Source: Promethearchaeota archaeon
GTDB lineage: Archaea; Asgardarchaeota; Lokiarchaeia; Sigyniarchaeales; SOKP01
Reading direction: 5' to 3'
Assembly (NCBI GenBank): GCA_016839555.1
Contig: JAEOUA010000006.1
Location: 96,001-160,000 of the forward strand
DNA length: 64,000 nt
Below, one piece after another: positions 40,335 to 49,427 of this stretch. Within the stretch, counting starts at the first letter, position 1. Every line of letters starts with the position of its first letter. Made by a program: the position numbers and the translations under genes. The notes beneath the pieces are model-generated. The model saw nothing but the letters and a program-made list of their open reading frames with translations. It did no database searches and had not been told where the DNA came from.

Positions 40335-42116
40335 TCAATCTTTAATTATTTGTCTCGCATTTTTCTTCCATTTATTAATGCTGGCAACACCTACTCTATA
40401 TATCTCCTTCGCTTTTAATTTTGCATTACAATTCAGCAAATCTTTTATTGTGTGAATACCCACCTCATTTAATTTTTCTTTATTTTTTGAACCAATTCCA
40501 GGCACATCTTCCAAATTATACTTATCTCCTTTAACTAAAAAGAGTTTGCCTTCTTCTTTTTCCTTTGTCTCTGGTTTCTCAGCTTCTACAGATGGTTCAG
40601 GCTTAATTTCAATTTCTGTGGGTTCCACTACTGCCTCCTCTACCTCTACGCGCTCATGTTCAATTATTTGCTCGAGATTGGAGGATTTAAAAGCATTAAA
40701 TTCGATATTGTTATCATCTAATACTTTTCTTGCATCATCTGTGATATTGTTCGGTGGAGTTATAAAGAACGCATAATCGCCCTTATCAGGATTATATTCC
40801 CGACCTTTCATTCGTAATAACCAATCAGCAAATTTCTCAACTTTCCTTTTAATACTTGAGCGTTGAATCATAGAGGCTTCTCCAAAGGCTTTTTTAACAT
40901 AATTAGAACGATGAGTGGGTGCCGTCGCATAAATATCTAGATTATAACCTCCAATTTTCTTTATATCGGGTTCCAAGTGGATAAACCCTTTGGATTTTAA
41001 TTTATCTTCCATAAATTCTCTCGCATCGCTTTCATAGATTTTTCGTATTTCATATTCTGTATGATATGTATAATCCATTGAATCAATAACATTTGCTATA
41101 CATTTCAATAACTCCCTCGGTAGATAATAATATAAGGACTCCTTAACCTTCCTGAAAAATATTTTTCTTTCTTTTCTTTTAAATCCTATTTTATCTGCAA
41201 CTTGAGTTATTATTGCTTCCTTTTCCTTGGGTGTCAGATTTCCCAATATTATTTCTTTATTTTCAATGATACTTTTGAAATTTTTACTCTGCTCTTTTAA
41301 ATTTGTCCATTCTTCTTTCTTGGGATTTTGTAAACATGAAAGAACCAGATATAATCTCTCATTCGAGAACTTTTCCATGAGATGACGGATAAAACTTTCT
41401 AAAATAAGCTTTAAAAGCACATTGGATTTGTCTATTTCATTTAAAAACTGAAGCTCATCAAACCCAATAGTAACTAAATAATTTTGGTCTAAAGCTAATT
41501 CTATAAATCCAAAAAATAAATCTCGTATCGTTTTTGAATTTATAATCCCCCCATAAAAATAATTTAACGCAATTTCTCGCTCCCCAGGATCTTTTAGAAT
41601 TAATTTAAGGAGGTGGTCAATTAATTGTTTATTTCGAAATTTTTGATTAAGTTCAAGCCTTCTTCTATGACTACTAATATTTTCGATTAATTCTGTTAAA
41701 ATATTATTTTCCTCGTCAATCAGTTGACTGATTAATTCTTGGACGAAAATATCCCAAAATTGGTCTTTATCCTCTGTGATTTCTTTAAAATCAAAAAATA
41801 AATATAGATTTCTTTCTGGAGCTATTTGATTTAATCGCTCTTGTACCTTAAACTTTAAGAGAGTTGTTTTCCCAGCTCCATTAGGTCCTATTACCGGGCG
41901 AATGGTTGTAATTTTAAGATTTTGAACGTTTAATAAATCTTGGCGAAAAATTTCGATGATTTGCTTCCCAATAAAGTTGGAACTTGCCTTGACTCCTTCA
42001 GACTCTTTTGAACTGAGTGGATGTTTCACTTCCCGCTCTATATATATCCAGTTTTGGGGGAATCCTTGCTCTAACCTCAGAATTCTCCTTCTCAATTTGT
42101 CTCTTGCAGATGAAAT
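40335..42116 (-). CDS. P-loop ATPase fused to a restriction-endonuclease-like domain and a C-terminal HhH (DUF4332/RadA-N-like) domain
   Basis: Walker A GPNGAGKT, Walker B IGFDE, LDIYA..FGEA, LEDVPGIG..KL..GI.TI.DL; probable ATT start at 42116 after GGAGCTGA. Confidence 0.75.
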   Translation of the reverse strand: MSSARDKLRRRILRLEQGFPQNWIYIEREVKHPLSSKESEGVKASSNFIGKQIIEIFRQDLLNVQNLKITTIRPVIGPNGAGKTTLLKFKVQERLNQIAPERNLYLFFDFKEITEDKDQFWDIFVQELISQLIDEENNILTELIENISSHRRRLELNQKFRNKQLIDHLLKLILKDPGEREIALNYFYGGIINSKTIRDLFFGFIELALDQNYLVTIGFDELQFLNEIDKSNVLLKLILESFIRHLMEKFSNERLYLVLSCLQNPKKEEWTNLKEQSKNFKSIIENKEIILGNLTPKEKEAIITQVADKIGFKRKERKIFFRKVKESLYYYLPRELLKCIANVIDSMDYTYHTEYEIRKIYESDAREFMEDKLKSKGFIHLEPDIKKIGGYNLDIYATAPTHRSNYVKKAFGEASMIQRSSIKRKVEKFADWLLRMKGREYNPDKGDYAFFITPPNNITDDARKVLDDNNIEFNAFKSSNLEQIIEHERVEVEEAVVEPTEIEIKPEPSVEAEKPETKEKEEGKLFLVKGDKYNLEDVPGIGSKNKEKLNEVGIHTIKDLLNCNAKLKAKEIYRVGVASINKWKKNARQIIKD

Positions 42117-42490
42117 GCTACATCAGCTCCTATTTTTGGGGTATGCTGGGGAAAAATCTCACTAATAGTCGGTCTTAATTTTTAATTCTCCTTTATATAT
42201 TATATATATCAACTAAATTTGTTTATAAACTTAAGTTTAAAATATTTTTTCTAAAGCTCTAATTATACCTTAAATTAAAATTTCATTTTATTAAATAACT
42301 TAAAATAATACTATGAAGAATATTCAATTGATAACAATTTTGGAATTTGGATAATATTAGATTTATTACCTTGATTTTGTTAAATTAATGATATTTAAAT
42401 ATCTTAATAATTTATAGTATTAACATAAATCTCAAAAATTTAGAATTTAAAAATAATTAGAAATTTTTTATAGCAGGATAGTGATTTAAT

Positions 42491-43255
42491 ATTAATTCTG
42501 ATCGAGACATTGTATTATTTTATTATTATTCCTCTCCAAGTTTTCCACAAGATTGTTTTTTAAATTTATCTAGGGATATTGCATATAGAAATATGTTTTT
42601 AACTAGATGTAATGATGGAAAAATACATTTCGAATTTCCAATATTTGAAGATCATTCCTATAATTCGATTTGCAATATACGTGGAGTGAGAAATCTTATA
42701 AAAAGAAAAATAAATAATAAGTACATACTCTTTAGAACAAGAGATCAAGATATTAATAAAAATTATATTATAGGATATTATAAAGTTGGTAAAATATATT
42801 TTCAAGAAACAAGAATGTTCAATAATAACGGTTTTGTGTGTGGATTTGAATCTTCTGAAACAAAACTCCTTAAAAAAGGTCAAATTATATATAATGACCC
42901 TACTTTTAGACGAGGACATAATGTATCATGGCATAAGAAAGAAATAAATAAAAAATTAAACAATTTTTTAGATATGATAATAAATATTAAAGACGATTAT
43001 AGTTCAATCTATAAGAATGATACAAATCGGATGATTGAAATATTTAAAGATAGAGAGAAAATTAATGAATGGAAAAATAAATGCCAAAATTGTAAAAAAA
43101 AGGAAGAATGTTTTTTCTTTAAATATAATGAAAAATATGATAAGAAACATGAAACTCAAAAAGATCTTTTTAAGTTAATATTTAATGTTTATGATTCTAA
43201 TATATATTCAAAAAATATTCTAGATAAAATTCAAAAAAAATATATATCGTGTTAA
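42491..43255 (+). CDS. Hypothetical protein, possible Nmad/PUA-like modified-base-associated domain
   Basis: P.FE..SY..C.IR...KYILFRT...YIIGYYKV pattern; C-terminal CQNCKKKEEC; frame open from 42485 with ATT at 42491. Confidence 0.5.
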   Translation: MNSDRDIVLFYYYSSPSFPQDCFLNLSRDIAYRNMFLTRCNDGKIHFEFPIFEDHSYNSICNIRGVRNLIKRKINNKYILFRTRDQDINKNYIIGYYKVGKIYFQETRMFNNNGFVCGFESSETKLLKKGQIIYNDPTFRRGHNVSWHKKEINKKLNNFLDMIINIKDDYSSIYKNDTNRMIEIFKDREKINEWKNKCQNCKKKEECFFFKYNEKYDKKHETQKDLFKLIFNVYDSNIYSKNILDKIQKKYISC

Positions 43256-43260
43256 AAATT

Positions 43261-43446
43261 ATGGGTTTAAAATGTCAGAAATGTGGTAATATATTAAGTG
43301 GATCTGATGGGCTTCACTTATTATCTAAATGTCCTAATTGCGGAAATAATGATATCAGTCTATTTATACGTGTAGATGATCAAGATATTGATCCAAAAAA
43401 ATATAAAAGAGATAAAGAGTGGTTAGAATCTCGATTAATAGATTAA
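43261..43446 (+). CDS. Small zinc-ribbon protein
   Basis: CQKCG...CPNCG; overlaps the radical SAM gene. Confidence 0.75.
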   Translation: MGLKCQKCGNILSGSDGLHLLSKCPNCGNNDISLFIRVDDQDIDPKKYKRDKEWLESRLID

Positions 43447-44528
43447 CTAATAATATAAAAGAATTAAGTATAGAGCTGACTCATAAGTGCGCATTAAATT
43501 GTGTTTATTGCAGTAGCGAGTCAAATTTAGAGAAGTCTACATTTCTTAATTTGAATAGAATAAAGAAAATTATTGAGGAAGTAATAGAAAAATTCAATCT
43601 AAAAATTATATCTCTCTCCGGAGGTGAAACATTTCTCTATCCCCACTTTAAAGAATTAATTAATTTTTTAAATGAGAAGGATTTAGAGGTTATAATTTAT
43701 ACATCCGGTATAATTCTCGATAATTCCTTGAATCGGAGAAGTTTATCAGAGGAAATTTTAAAAGTTCTCTCACCTTATAAAAAAAATACTAAAATCGTTT
43801 TAAATATTCAAGGACATAGCAAAGAATTAATAGAAAAAATAAATAAAGTACAAAATTCTTTTAATTTAATTCAGAATTCAATATTGAAATTAATAGATAA
43901 TAATTTTATTTTAGAAGCAAATATAGTGCCTTTTAAATATAATTATAAATATATTAAAGAAATCACAAATTTTTGTCTTCAAAAAGGTTTTAAAAAGATT
44001 AATTTTTTACGATTCGTCCCTCAAGGAAGAGGAAATAAAGAATATTTGTATAATAGTAAAAAAGAATTCAAAAAAGTAATTCAAGAACTAGTATCTCTAC
44101 TTAAAATTAAAAATATGAAAAATAAAATAAGAATTGGGCATCCAATGAATTTTTTATTCCTATTAAGTGAATCTAATTTATATGATATTGAAGAAAATCA
44201 TTATTGTAGAGGAGGTTTTGATGCTCCTTTAATTTTACCTAATGGAGACGTAAGTATGTGTCCAGCATGGAAAAACCTTAAACAATTTAGTGCTGGAAAC
44301 ATATACGATAAAAATTTCGAAGATATTTGGTTTTCTAAAAATTTTGAAATATTTCGTAATTTTATCAAACAAGGATATAAAAATCTCAAGGAACCTTGCC
44401 AAAATTGCAACTATTTAAATGAATGTAGAGGCAAGTGCGTTGCCCAAAGAATTTTAAGCAAAAATAGTGAATCGTGTGATTTAAAAAAAATAATTTTAAT
44501 TGCTCCTGATCCCCAATGCTTCAAATAA
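43419..44528 (+). CDS. Radical SAM enzyme with SPASM domain
   Basis: CALNCVYC, SGGE, then C.GG..PNGDV..CP..GNI..IW, CQNC.YLNECRGKC. Confidence 0.93.
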   Translation: MVRISINRLTNNIKELSIELTHKCALNCVYCSSESNLEKSTFLNLNRIKKIIEEVIEKFNLKIISLSGGETFLYPHFKELINFLNEKDLEVIIYTSGIILDNSLNRRSLSEEILKVLSPYKKNTKIVLNIQGHSKELIEKINKVQNSFNLIQNSILKLIDNNFILEANIVPFKYNYKYIKEITNFCLQKGFKKINFLRFVPQGRGNKEYLYNSKKEFKKVIQELVSLLKIKNMKNKIRIGHPMNFLFLLSESNLYDIEENHYCRGGFDAPLILPNGDVSMCPAWKNLKQFSAGNIYDKNFEDIWFSKNFEIFRNFIKQGYKNLKEPCQNCNYLNECRGKCVAQRILSKNSESCDLKKIILIAPDPQCFK

Positions 44529-44546
44529 TGTTTTAGGTATAATTTA

Positions 44547-45626
44547 ATGAATCTAAAAAAAATATTAAATAAATACTTTGAAAAAAGCCAATTGGCTTTC
44601 ATGAAAACAATACCATTTAAAAGACTTATTTTTGATAAAAGAGCAGAATATATGTGTAAATATGGTTGCAAAAATTATAATAGAAAATATTCTTGTCCTC
44701 CTTACACTAAATCTTTATTTAATTTAATAAATAAAAATAAATTCAAATGGGTTATATTATTTGCAACTTCATATAAAAATCTTAAAAATTATTCCCTGTT
44801 TAAAATAAGATTTGAAAACATTCAGAAGGAATATGAAATACAGCGAATTTCTCACCAATTAAGTAATCTCATAAATTTTAATGGAAAAAAGAATAAAGTT
44901 TTTTCTGGGGGATCTTGTAAAAGATGCAGACCATGTGGATGTATTGAAGACAAATTATGTAAAAAACCTCATTTAAAGCAAATTAGTATGGAATCTATTC
45001 AAATTGATTGTATAAAGACAATGACTAATGTTGGTTTCGATTTTCAATTAACTAATAATAATACCATAAATAGATGTGGTTGTATCTTTACAAATGATGA
45101 TTCTTTATCCAATATTGAGTTTAAGAAGAAAGATTCTCACCAAAAATTCGAACAATTTCCAAAAAGTAAGATACTTAAAAGTATTGAAAAATATAAAGAA
45201 AAAAATCCAAAACTTTATTCAAAAATTAATTTCTTTAATATTGATGAAATAAATAGAAAAGAAATACCAATTTGTAATGAGGAATGCAGGCATTATAATA
45301 GAAATTTTTCTTGTCCTCCTTATTCTGAATATATAAATTTAAATTTATGGACTTATGCTCTTGTTTGGAAATGGAAGAAGAATAAATATAAAAAATATAG
45401 ATATAATATTGCTTTAAAAAAAATTCATAAATTGGTATATTCAATGGGTTATTATTTCGCGCTTAGTATAAGAGATTGTTATTGTGATGAATGTGAAAGA
45501 TGTACATATAATTCAGGAAATAAATCATTTTGTGAAAATAGAAAAATTCTTTCACCCTCTATGCAATCATTGGGAATTGATCCAGAATTTTTTGGTAAAG
45601 GAAAATATGGTATTGAAATTTTTTAG
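44547..45626 (+). CDS. Tandem DUF2284-like cysteine-rich metal-binding protein
   Basis: Two repeats of C..YNR..SCPPY ... C..C..C ... C ... SM.S..ID. Confidence 0.8.
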   Translation: MNLKKILNKYFEKSQLAFMKTIPFKRLIFDKRAEYMCKYGCKNYNRKYSCPPYTKSLFNLINKNKFKWVILFATSYKNLKNYSLFKIRFENIQKEYEIQRISHQLSNLINFNGKKNKVFSGGSCKRCRPCGCIEDKLCKKPHLKQISMESIQIDCIKTMTNVGFDFQLTNNNTINRCGCIFTNDDSLSNIEFKKKDSHQKFEQFPKSKILKSIEKYKEKNPKLYSKINFFNIDEINRKEIPICNEECRHYNRNFSCPPYSEYINLNLWTYALVWKWKKNKYKKYRYNIALKKIHKLVYSMGYYFALSIRDCYCDECERCTYNSGNKSFCENRKILSPSMQSLGIDPEFFGKGKYGIEIF

Positions 45627-45637
45627 AAAATAGATCA

Positions 45638-47296
45638 ATGAATTCAATAGTTTTAAAAAATCAGGATATATTAATTAAAAAATTAGGGAAGATCTTTAAA
45701 TTAAAAAAGATTTCGAAATTTCTTTATAAAAAAAAAATTGGTATATTTATTCTTCTACTTCATATAAAAGCAAAAGATTGGCCATGGAAAAATCAAACTT
45801 TAAATAATGATCCAGTTAAAGAAATTCCATTATTATGGGGAATTGTTTATGCTCCAACAATAAAAAATATTGAAATTGTTTATAGTATACATCCAATTAA
45901 ATGTTTTCCAACTAATTATGAAAATAGAAATCAAAACTCAAAAAAAAATTCAATTGTTATTGAAAAAAATGATTTAGGTACATTGGGAGGATGTGCACGA
46001 TATTATATAGAACAAAGTGATCGTAAATATGATATATTTGAAAAAAATCCATTATATTGTTCAATTTTTGGATTACCAGATGACTGTTTTTCATTAGATT
46101 TTGAACAGAAAATGTTAGAAAAATTAAAAAATCTTAAAGAAATCACTTTTTGGTGCTATGATAAAAATGAATATATCTCTAAAAAAATTGAACCTCTTCT
46201 TAAATTAAATTATATGAAACAAAAATTCTTACCATCGGTTTATTTTCCTTTTGTTGATTCTCCTAGTAAATTTCTAAGAGGATTATTTAAAGCTAAAGAT
46301 TTGAGTTTTTTAAATAGTGAACCATGGTTCAATCAAGGATATGAACTGATAAAAAAAATGGACACAACTAAGGAGAATTCATATAGATATGAAGAAGAGG
46401 CAATATATTTTATAAAGAAAAAATTAGTATTTGAAGCGATCAGAGAACTATTGCTATTATATAATAAAAGTTCTTTTAAATCTTTTAAAATAGAGAAAAC
46501 TCCAAAATTAATCAATAATAAAAAGGAAAAATTTGAAAAAAATCTTTTTTATTTAAAAAATAAAGTAATCAGGGATAGAAAGAATAATATAGATAATTTT
46601 ATAAAATATAATAAGAATAATTTTGATTTTGAAAAATTTAAAAGATCACGATTTTTAGTTATAGATGTTGAGTATATCCATGTAGAATATCCAAAAAAGA
46701 ATTCAAATAGAACTTTTAATTTTCCGTCAATAATAACGAACATAATATGGCAAGGTGTTCGTAATGGAATAGATATAATTATAAATGTGTTAAAGTTGCC
46801 TTGTCATTTCTGTATAGAAAAAGATTGCGATGCTTTTCAAAAAAAAATTATTAAATTTGATTGTCTAGCTTATGCAGATAATTTATATGAAAAGCAAATA
46901 AAATTTCTGAATAATATGTTAATTCGATATGAAGGTTTTAAAATGTATTCATATGGAAAGAGTGACTTTTTTCAAATTGAACAATTAACAAATTTTTTTA
47001 CAAATTCTTGTGAAAGTCCAGAATTTCAAAGAAAAAACCGAAAGAGAGATAAACGTCTAATAGAGATTTTTGAAGATTTAGCAATAAAAGGTAAGAGTTT
47101 AAATGATGTTGAAAATGATGAAATCAAAAAAAGATTCCCAACTTGGAGGAGAAAAAAGAGTAAGATAAATGTTAATTCTAGGTTTATGACTAGATTTAAT
47201 TCAAGAAACTGGGATCTTCGATATAAAGAGGCTTTGGAAGCTTGTTTAGATGACACAATCTCTGCTTTCTTATTTTTAATAACCCAGCAGTTTTAA
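45638..47296 (+). CDS. Unknown N-terminal domain fused to a DEDD-type 3'-5' exonuclease-like domain
   Basis: ExoI FLVIDVE, ExoII SYGKSD, ExoIII-like ACLDDT near the C-terminus. Confidence 0.6.
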   Translation: MNSIVLKNQDILIKKLGKIFKLKKISKFLYKKKIGIFILLLHIKAKDWPWKNQTLNNDPVKEIPLLWGIVYAPTIKNIEIVYSIHPIKCFPTNYENRNQNSKKNSIVIEKNDLGTLGGCARYYIEQSDRKYDIFEKNPLYCSIFGLPDDCFSLDFEQKMLEKLKNLKEITFWCYDKNEYISKKIEPLLKLNYMKQKFLPSVYFPFVDSPSKFLRGLFKAKDLSFLNSEPWFNQGYELIKKMDTTKENSYRYEEEAIYFIKKKLVFEAIRELLLLYNKSSFKSFKIEKTPKLINNKKEKFEKNLFYLKNKVIRDRKNNIDNFIKYNKNNFDFEKFKRSRFLVIDVEYIHVEYPKKNSNRTFNFPSIITNIIWQGVRNGIDIIINVLKLPCHFCIEKDCDAFQKKIIKFDCLAYADNLYEKQIKFLNNMLIRYEGFKMYSYGKSDFFQIEQLTNFFTNSCESPEFQRKNRKRDKRLIEIFEDLAIKGKSLNDVENDEIKKRFPTWRRKKSKINVNSRFMTRFNSRNWDLRYKEALEACLDDTISAFLFLITQQF

Positions 47297-47462
47297 AAAA
47301 ATTGTTAAATCTATTGATAATTTCAAAACATTGAACCCAAATTTAATGTGATTTTAATTATTTTTTCAAATAATTCCCTCACTTAACAATTAATGCTGAT
47401 TTCATGTGTGATAGAAACTTAAAGATTTAATTTTTATTGATAATATTCCGTGCTATGCTCTT

Positions 47463-47708
47463 ATGTACTCTCTTGCTTCTTTATTTTTTAATAAAGTTGA
47501 AACTAAATATCATCGTGAAGATAAAATTCCTAATTATAAAGAAGAATTAAGTGAAGGTTGTCCAGGAGCTAATTTTTTTAACAAATTTATACCAGATCAA
47601 GTGGGATTTAGACGAATAGGAACAAAAGAAGAAAATCCAAATGATTCTAAAAATGTTAGAGAGAAATTTAAGGCTATTTTTGATGATTTTAAAACTACTA
47701 TAAGGTAG
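47463..47708 (+). CDS. Short hypothetical ORF or gene remnant
   Basis: 81 aa; upstream frames look disrupted. Confidence 0.35.
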   Translation: MYSLASLFFNKVETKYHREDKIPNYKEELSEGCPGANFFNKFIPDQVGFRRIGTKEENPNDSKNVREKFKAIFDDFKTTIR

Positions 47709-47891
47709 ATCTGCTTTTATATTCAATTTCCTACCAAAAAGTTTTATTAAATACTAAAGATAATTTTTTCTGTTTATTATAAAAATTTTTAAGTATTAAT
47801 TTATATTTAATAGTTGTATTTACTAAATAAGTATAGTTTTCTAAAGACATTTATTAAAAATTCATTTTAAACTGTTTAAGATAAAAAAACT

Positions 47892-48752
47892 ATGGCTAGG
47901 ACAATTCAATATAATTTGAATGATGATTTCAGAAATTGTTTCAAATATTTATATGAAAAATTTGAAAAAAGAGCAAAAAATAAAAATATAAATATTAAAA
48001 ATACAAAATTCACTTATGAAGAATTGAGGGAATTAATTGACGAGTATTATTCAATGGTTAAAGATATTGAAAAAGAATCAAAAAAAGGAATTTTAAAACA
48101 ATTATCAACTCTGCTTGAAGTCAAAAAAATTAATAAGAATGGAGAATCTGTTTCGTATTATTACCTTAAACCTATAACAAATCTTTTTAGACTCTCTAAT
48201 AAAAAAATTGATAATGAGATTTTATATATAGGGCTATTATATTATAGTGAAGGGTTTAGTAATGCTATTAAAATTATATATAATTTACTTGGTCCAACTA
48301 GAAAATTAACTACAAACAAGATTAGATTTATAGGAAAAATTAAAGAAGTAATTACTAGGATCGAGAATTCTAAAAAAAAACCATTAAGCGCCACTAGCAT
48401 TAATAATATTGCAGAAAGAACAATTTCAAATTTAATTTATGTGGGATTAATCATTGATAACAAATTAGATAGAAGTTTAGAAGAGAATCAAATTAGAATC
48501 AAGAATTATTACCCCGATTTTAGAATACTATTAATTTTATATCTAAACGAATTAGAAGAAAAAAATCAAAATGCCCCTCCCTTAAATAACATAATTAATG
48601 AATACAATTTTGTTAAATTTTTTTTTCTTAATAAACAAAAACTAAAAAGAAGTTTAGAACCAGGATTTGAAAAAAATTTATTTTTTTATCAGCAGCAAAT
48701 TGGTTATGCCCTTAAAGTAAATTATGATCAATGGGAAATAAGTTTTAAATAG
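47892..48752 (+). CDS. brxA: BREX BrxA-like DNA-binding protein
   Basis: LSATSINNIAERTISNLIYVGLI and FFFLNKQKL..L..G..FFYQ resemble BrxA/DUF1819 motifs; first gene of the BREX operon. Confidence 0.6.
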   Translation: MARTIQYNLNDDFRNCFKYLYEKFEKRAKNKNINIKNTKFTYEELRELIDEYYSMVKDIEKESKKGILKQLSTLLEVKKINKNGESVSYYYLKPITNLFRLSNKKIDNEILYIGLLYYSEGFSNAIKIIYNLLGPTRKLTTNKIRFIGKIKEVITRIENSKKKPLSATSINNIAERTISNLIYVGLIIDNKLDRSLEENQIRIKNYYPDFRILLILYLNELEEKNQNAPPLNNIINEYNFVKFFFLNKQKLKRSLEPGFEKNLFFYQQQIGYALKVNYDQWEISFK

Positions 48753-48755
48753 ATC

Positions 48756-49427
48756 ATGACAATAACATTATTTGAAGAACAAAAGAAAGCTTTAAGAAAA
48801 ATAGAAAGTGCAATTGAATCTCCAAATCGTCGTACTTTAATTTTTATTTTCGGTGAAAAAGGAGTAGGAAAGACTAAAATAGCTAAAAAATTAAAAGAAA
48901 TTTATGTTGAAAATTTAAAAATTATTTCTATTAAAAATATCTTTTTAGATCAATATAGCAAATATAGTGAAGAAAAAATTCAAGAAAGATTCCTTTTAAA
49001 TAATTCTCCTGAGGAATTTTTAAATAAAATAATTTCAAGAGTTAAAAATAAGAAAATTTTGATAATAGATGGACTAGAATATTTATTGTCTAATTATTAT
49101 AAAGAACTAAATTTAAATATTGAATACGAGTTTGGAAAATATTCAAATTTTAATTATAATAATTCTCTGATATGGATACTTAATAAAAATCAATTTATGA
49201 AATATAGAGATTTTTGGGATAAAAATAATTCAATACTAAATAAGAGTATAATGATTAACGTTGAACTTCCTAGCAGAGGATCATTATATAGTTTTTTTAA
49301 TAAATTTAGAATATCTGAAAATGAAAATTTAACAAATGAAGAAATCAACCAATGTCTTCAAAATAATTATTTTAATACTTTAATAAAAATAAAAATTAAG
49401 AGTTTAGATATTAATGATGAAAATTAA
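48756..49427 (+). CDS. brxF: BrxF-like small P-loop protein
   Basis: IESAI..RTLIFIFGEKGVGKT, ILIIDGLEYL; 223 aa, directly upstream of brxC. Confidence 0.65.
   Translation: MTITLFEEQKKALRKIESAIESPNRRTLIFIFGEKGVGKTKIAKKLKEIYVENLKIISIKNIFLDQYSKYSEEKIQERFLLNNSPEEFLNKIISRVKNKKILIIDGLEYLLSNYYKELNLNIEYEFGKYSNFNYNNSLIWILNKNQFMKYRDFWDKNNSILNKSIMINVELPSRGSLYSFFNKFRISENENLTNEEINQCLQNNYFNTLIKIKIKSLDINDEN

Noticed and set aside
43419-44528. Radical SAM enzyme as QueE or viperin
   Set aside because: It has a full C-terminal SPASM cysteine set and lacks recognisable QueE or viperin motifs.
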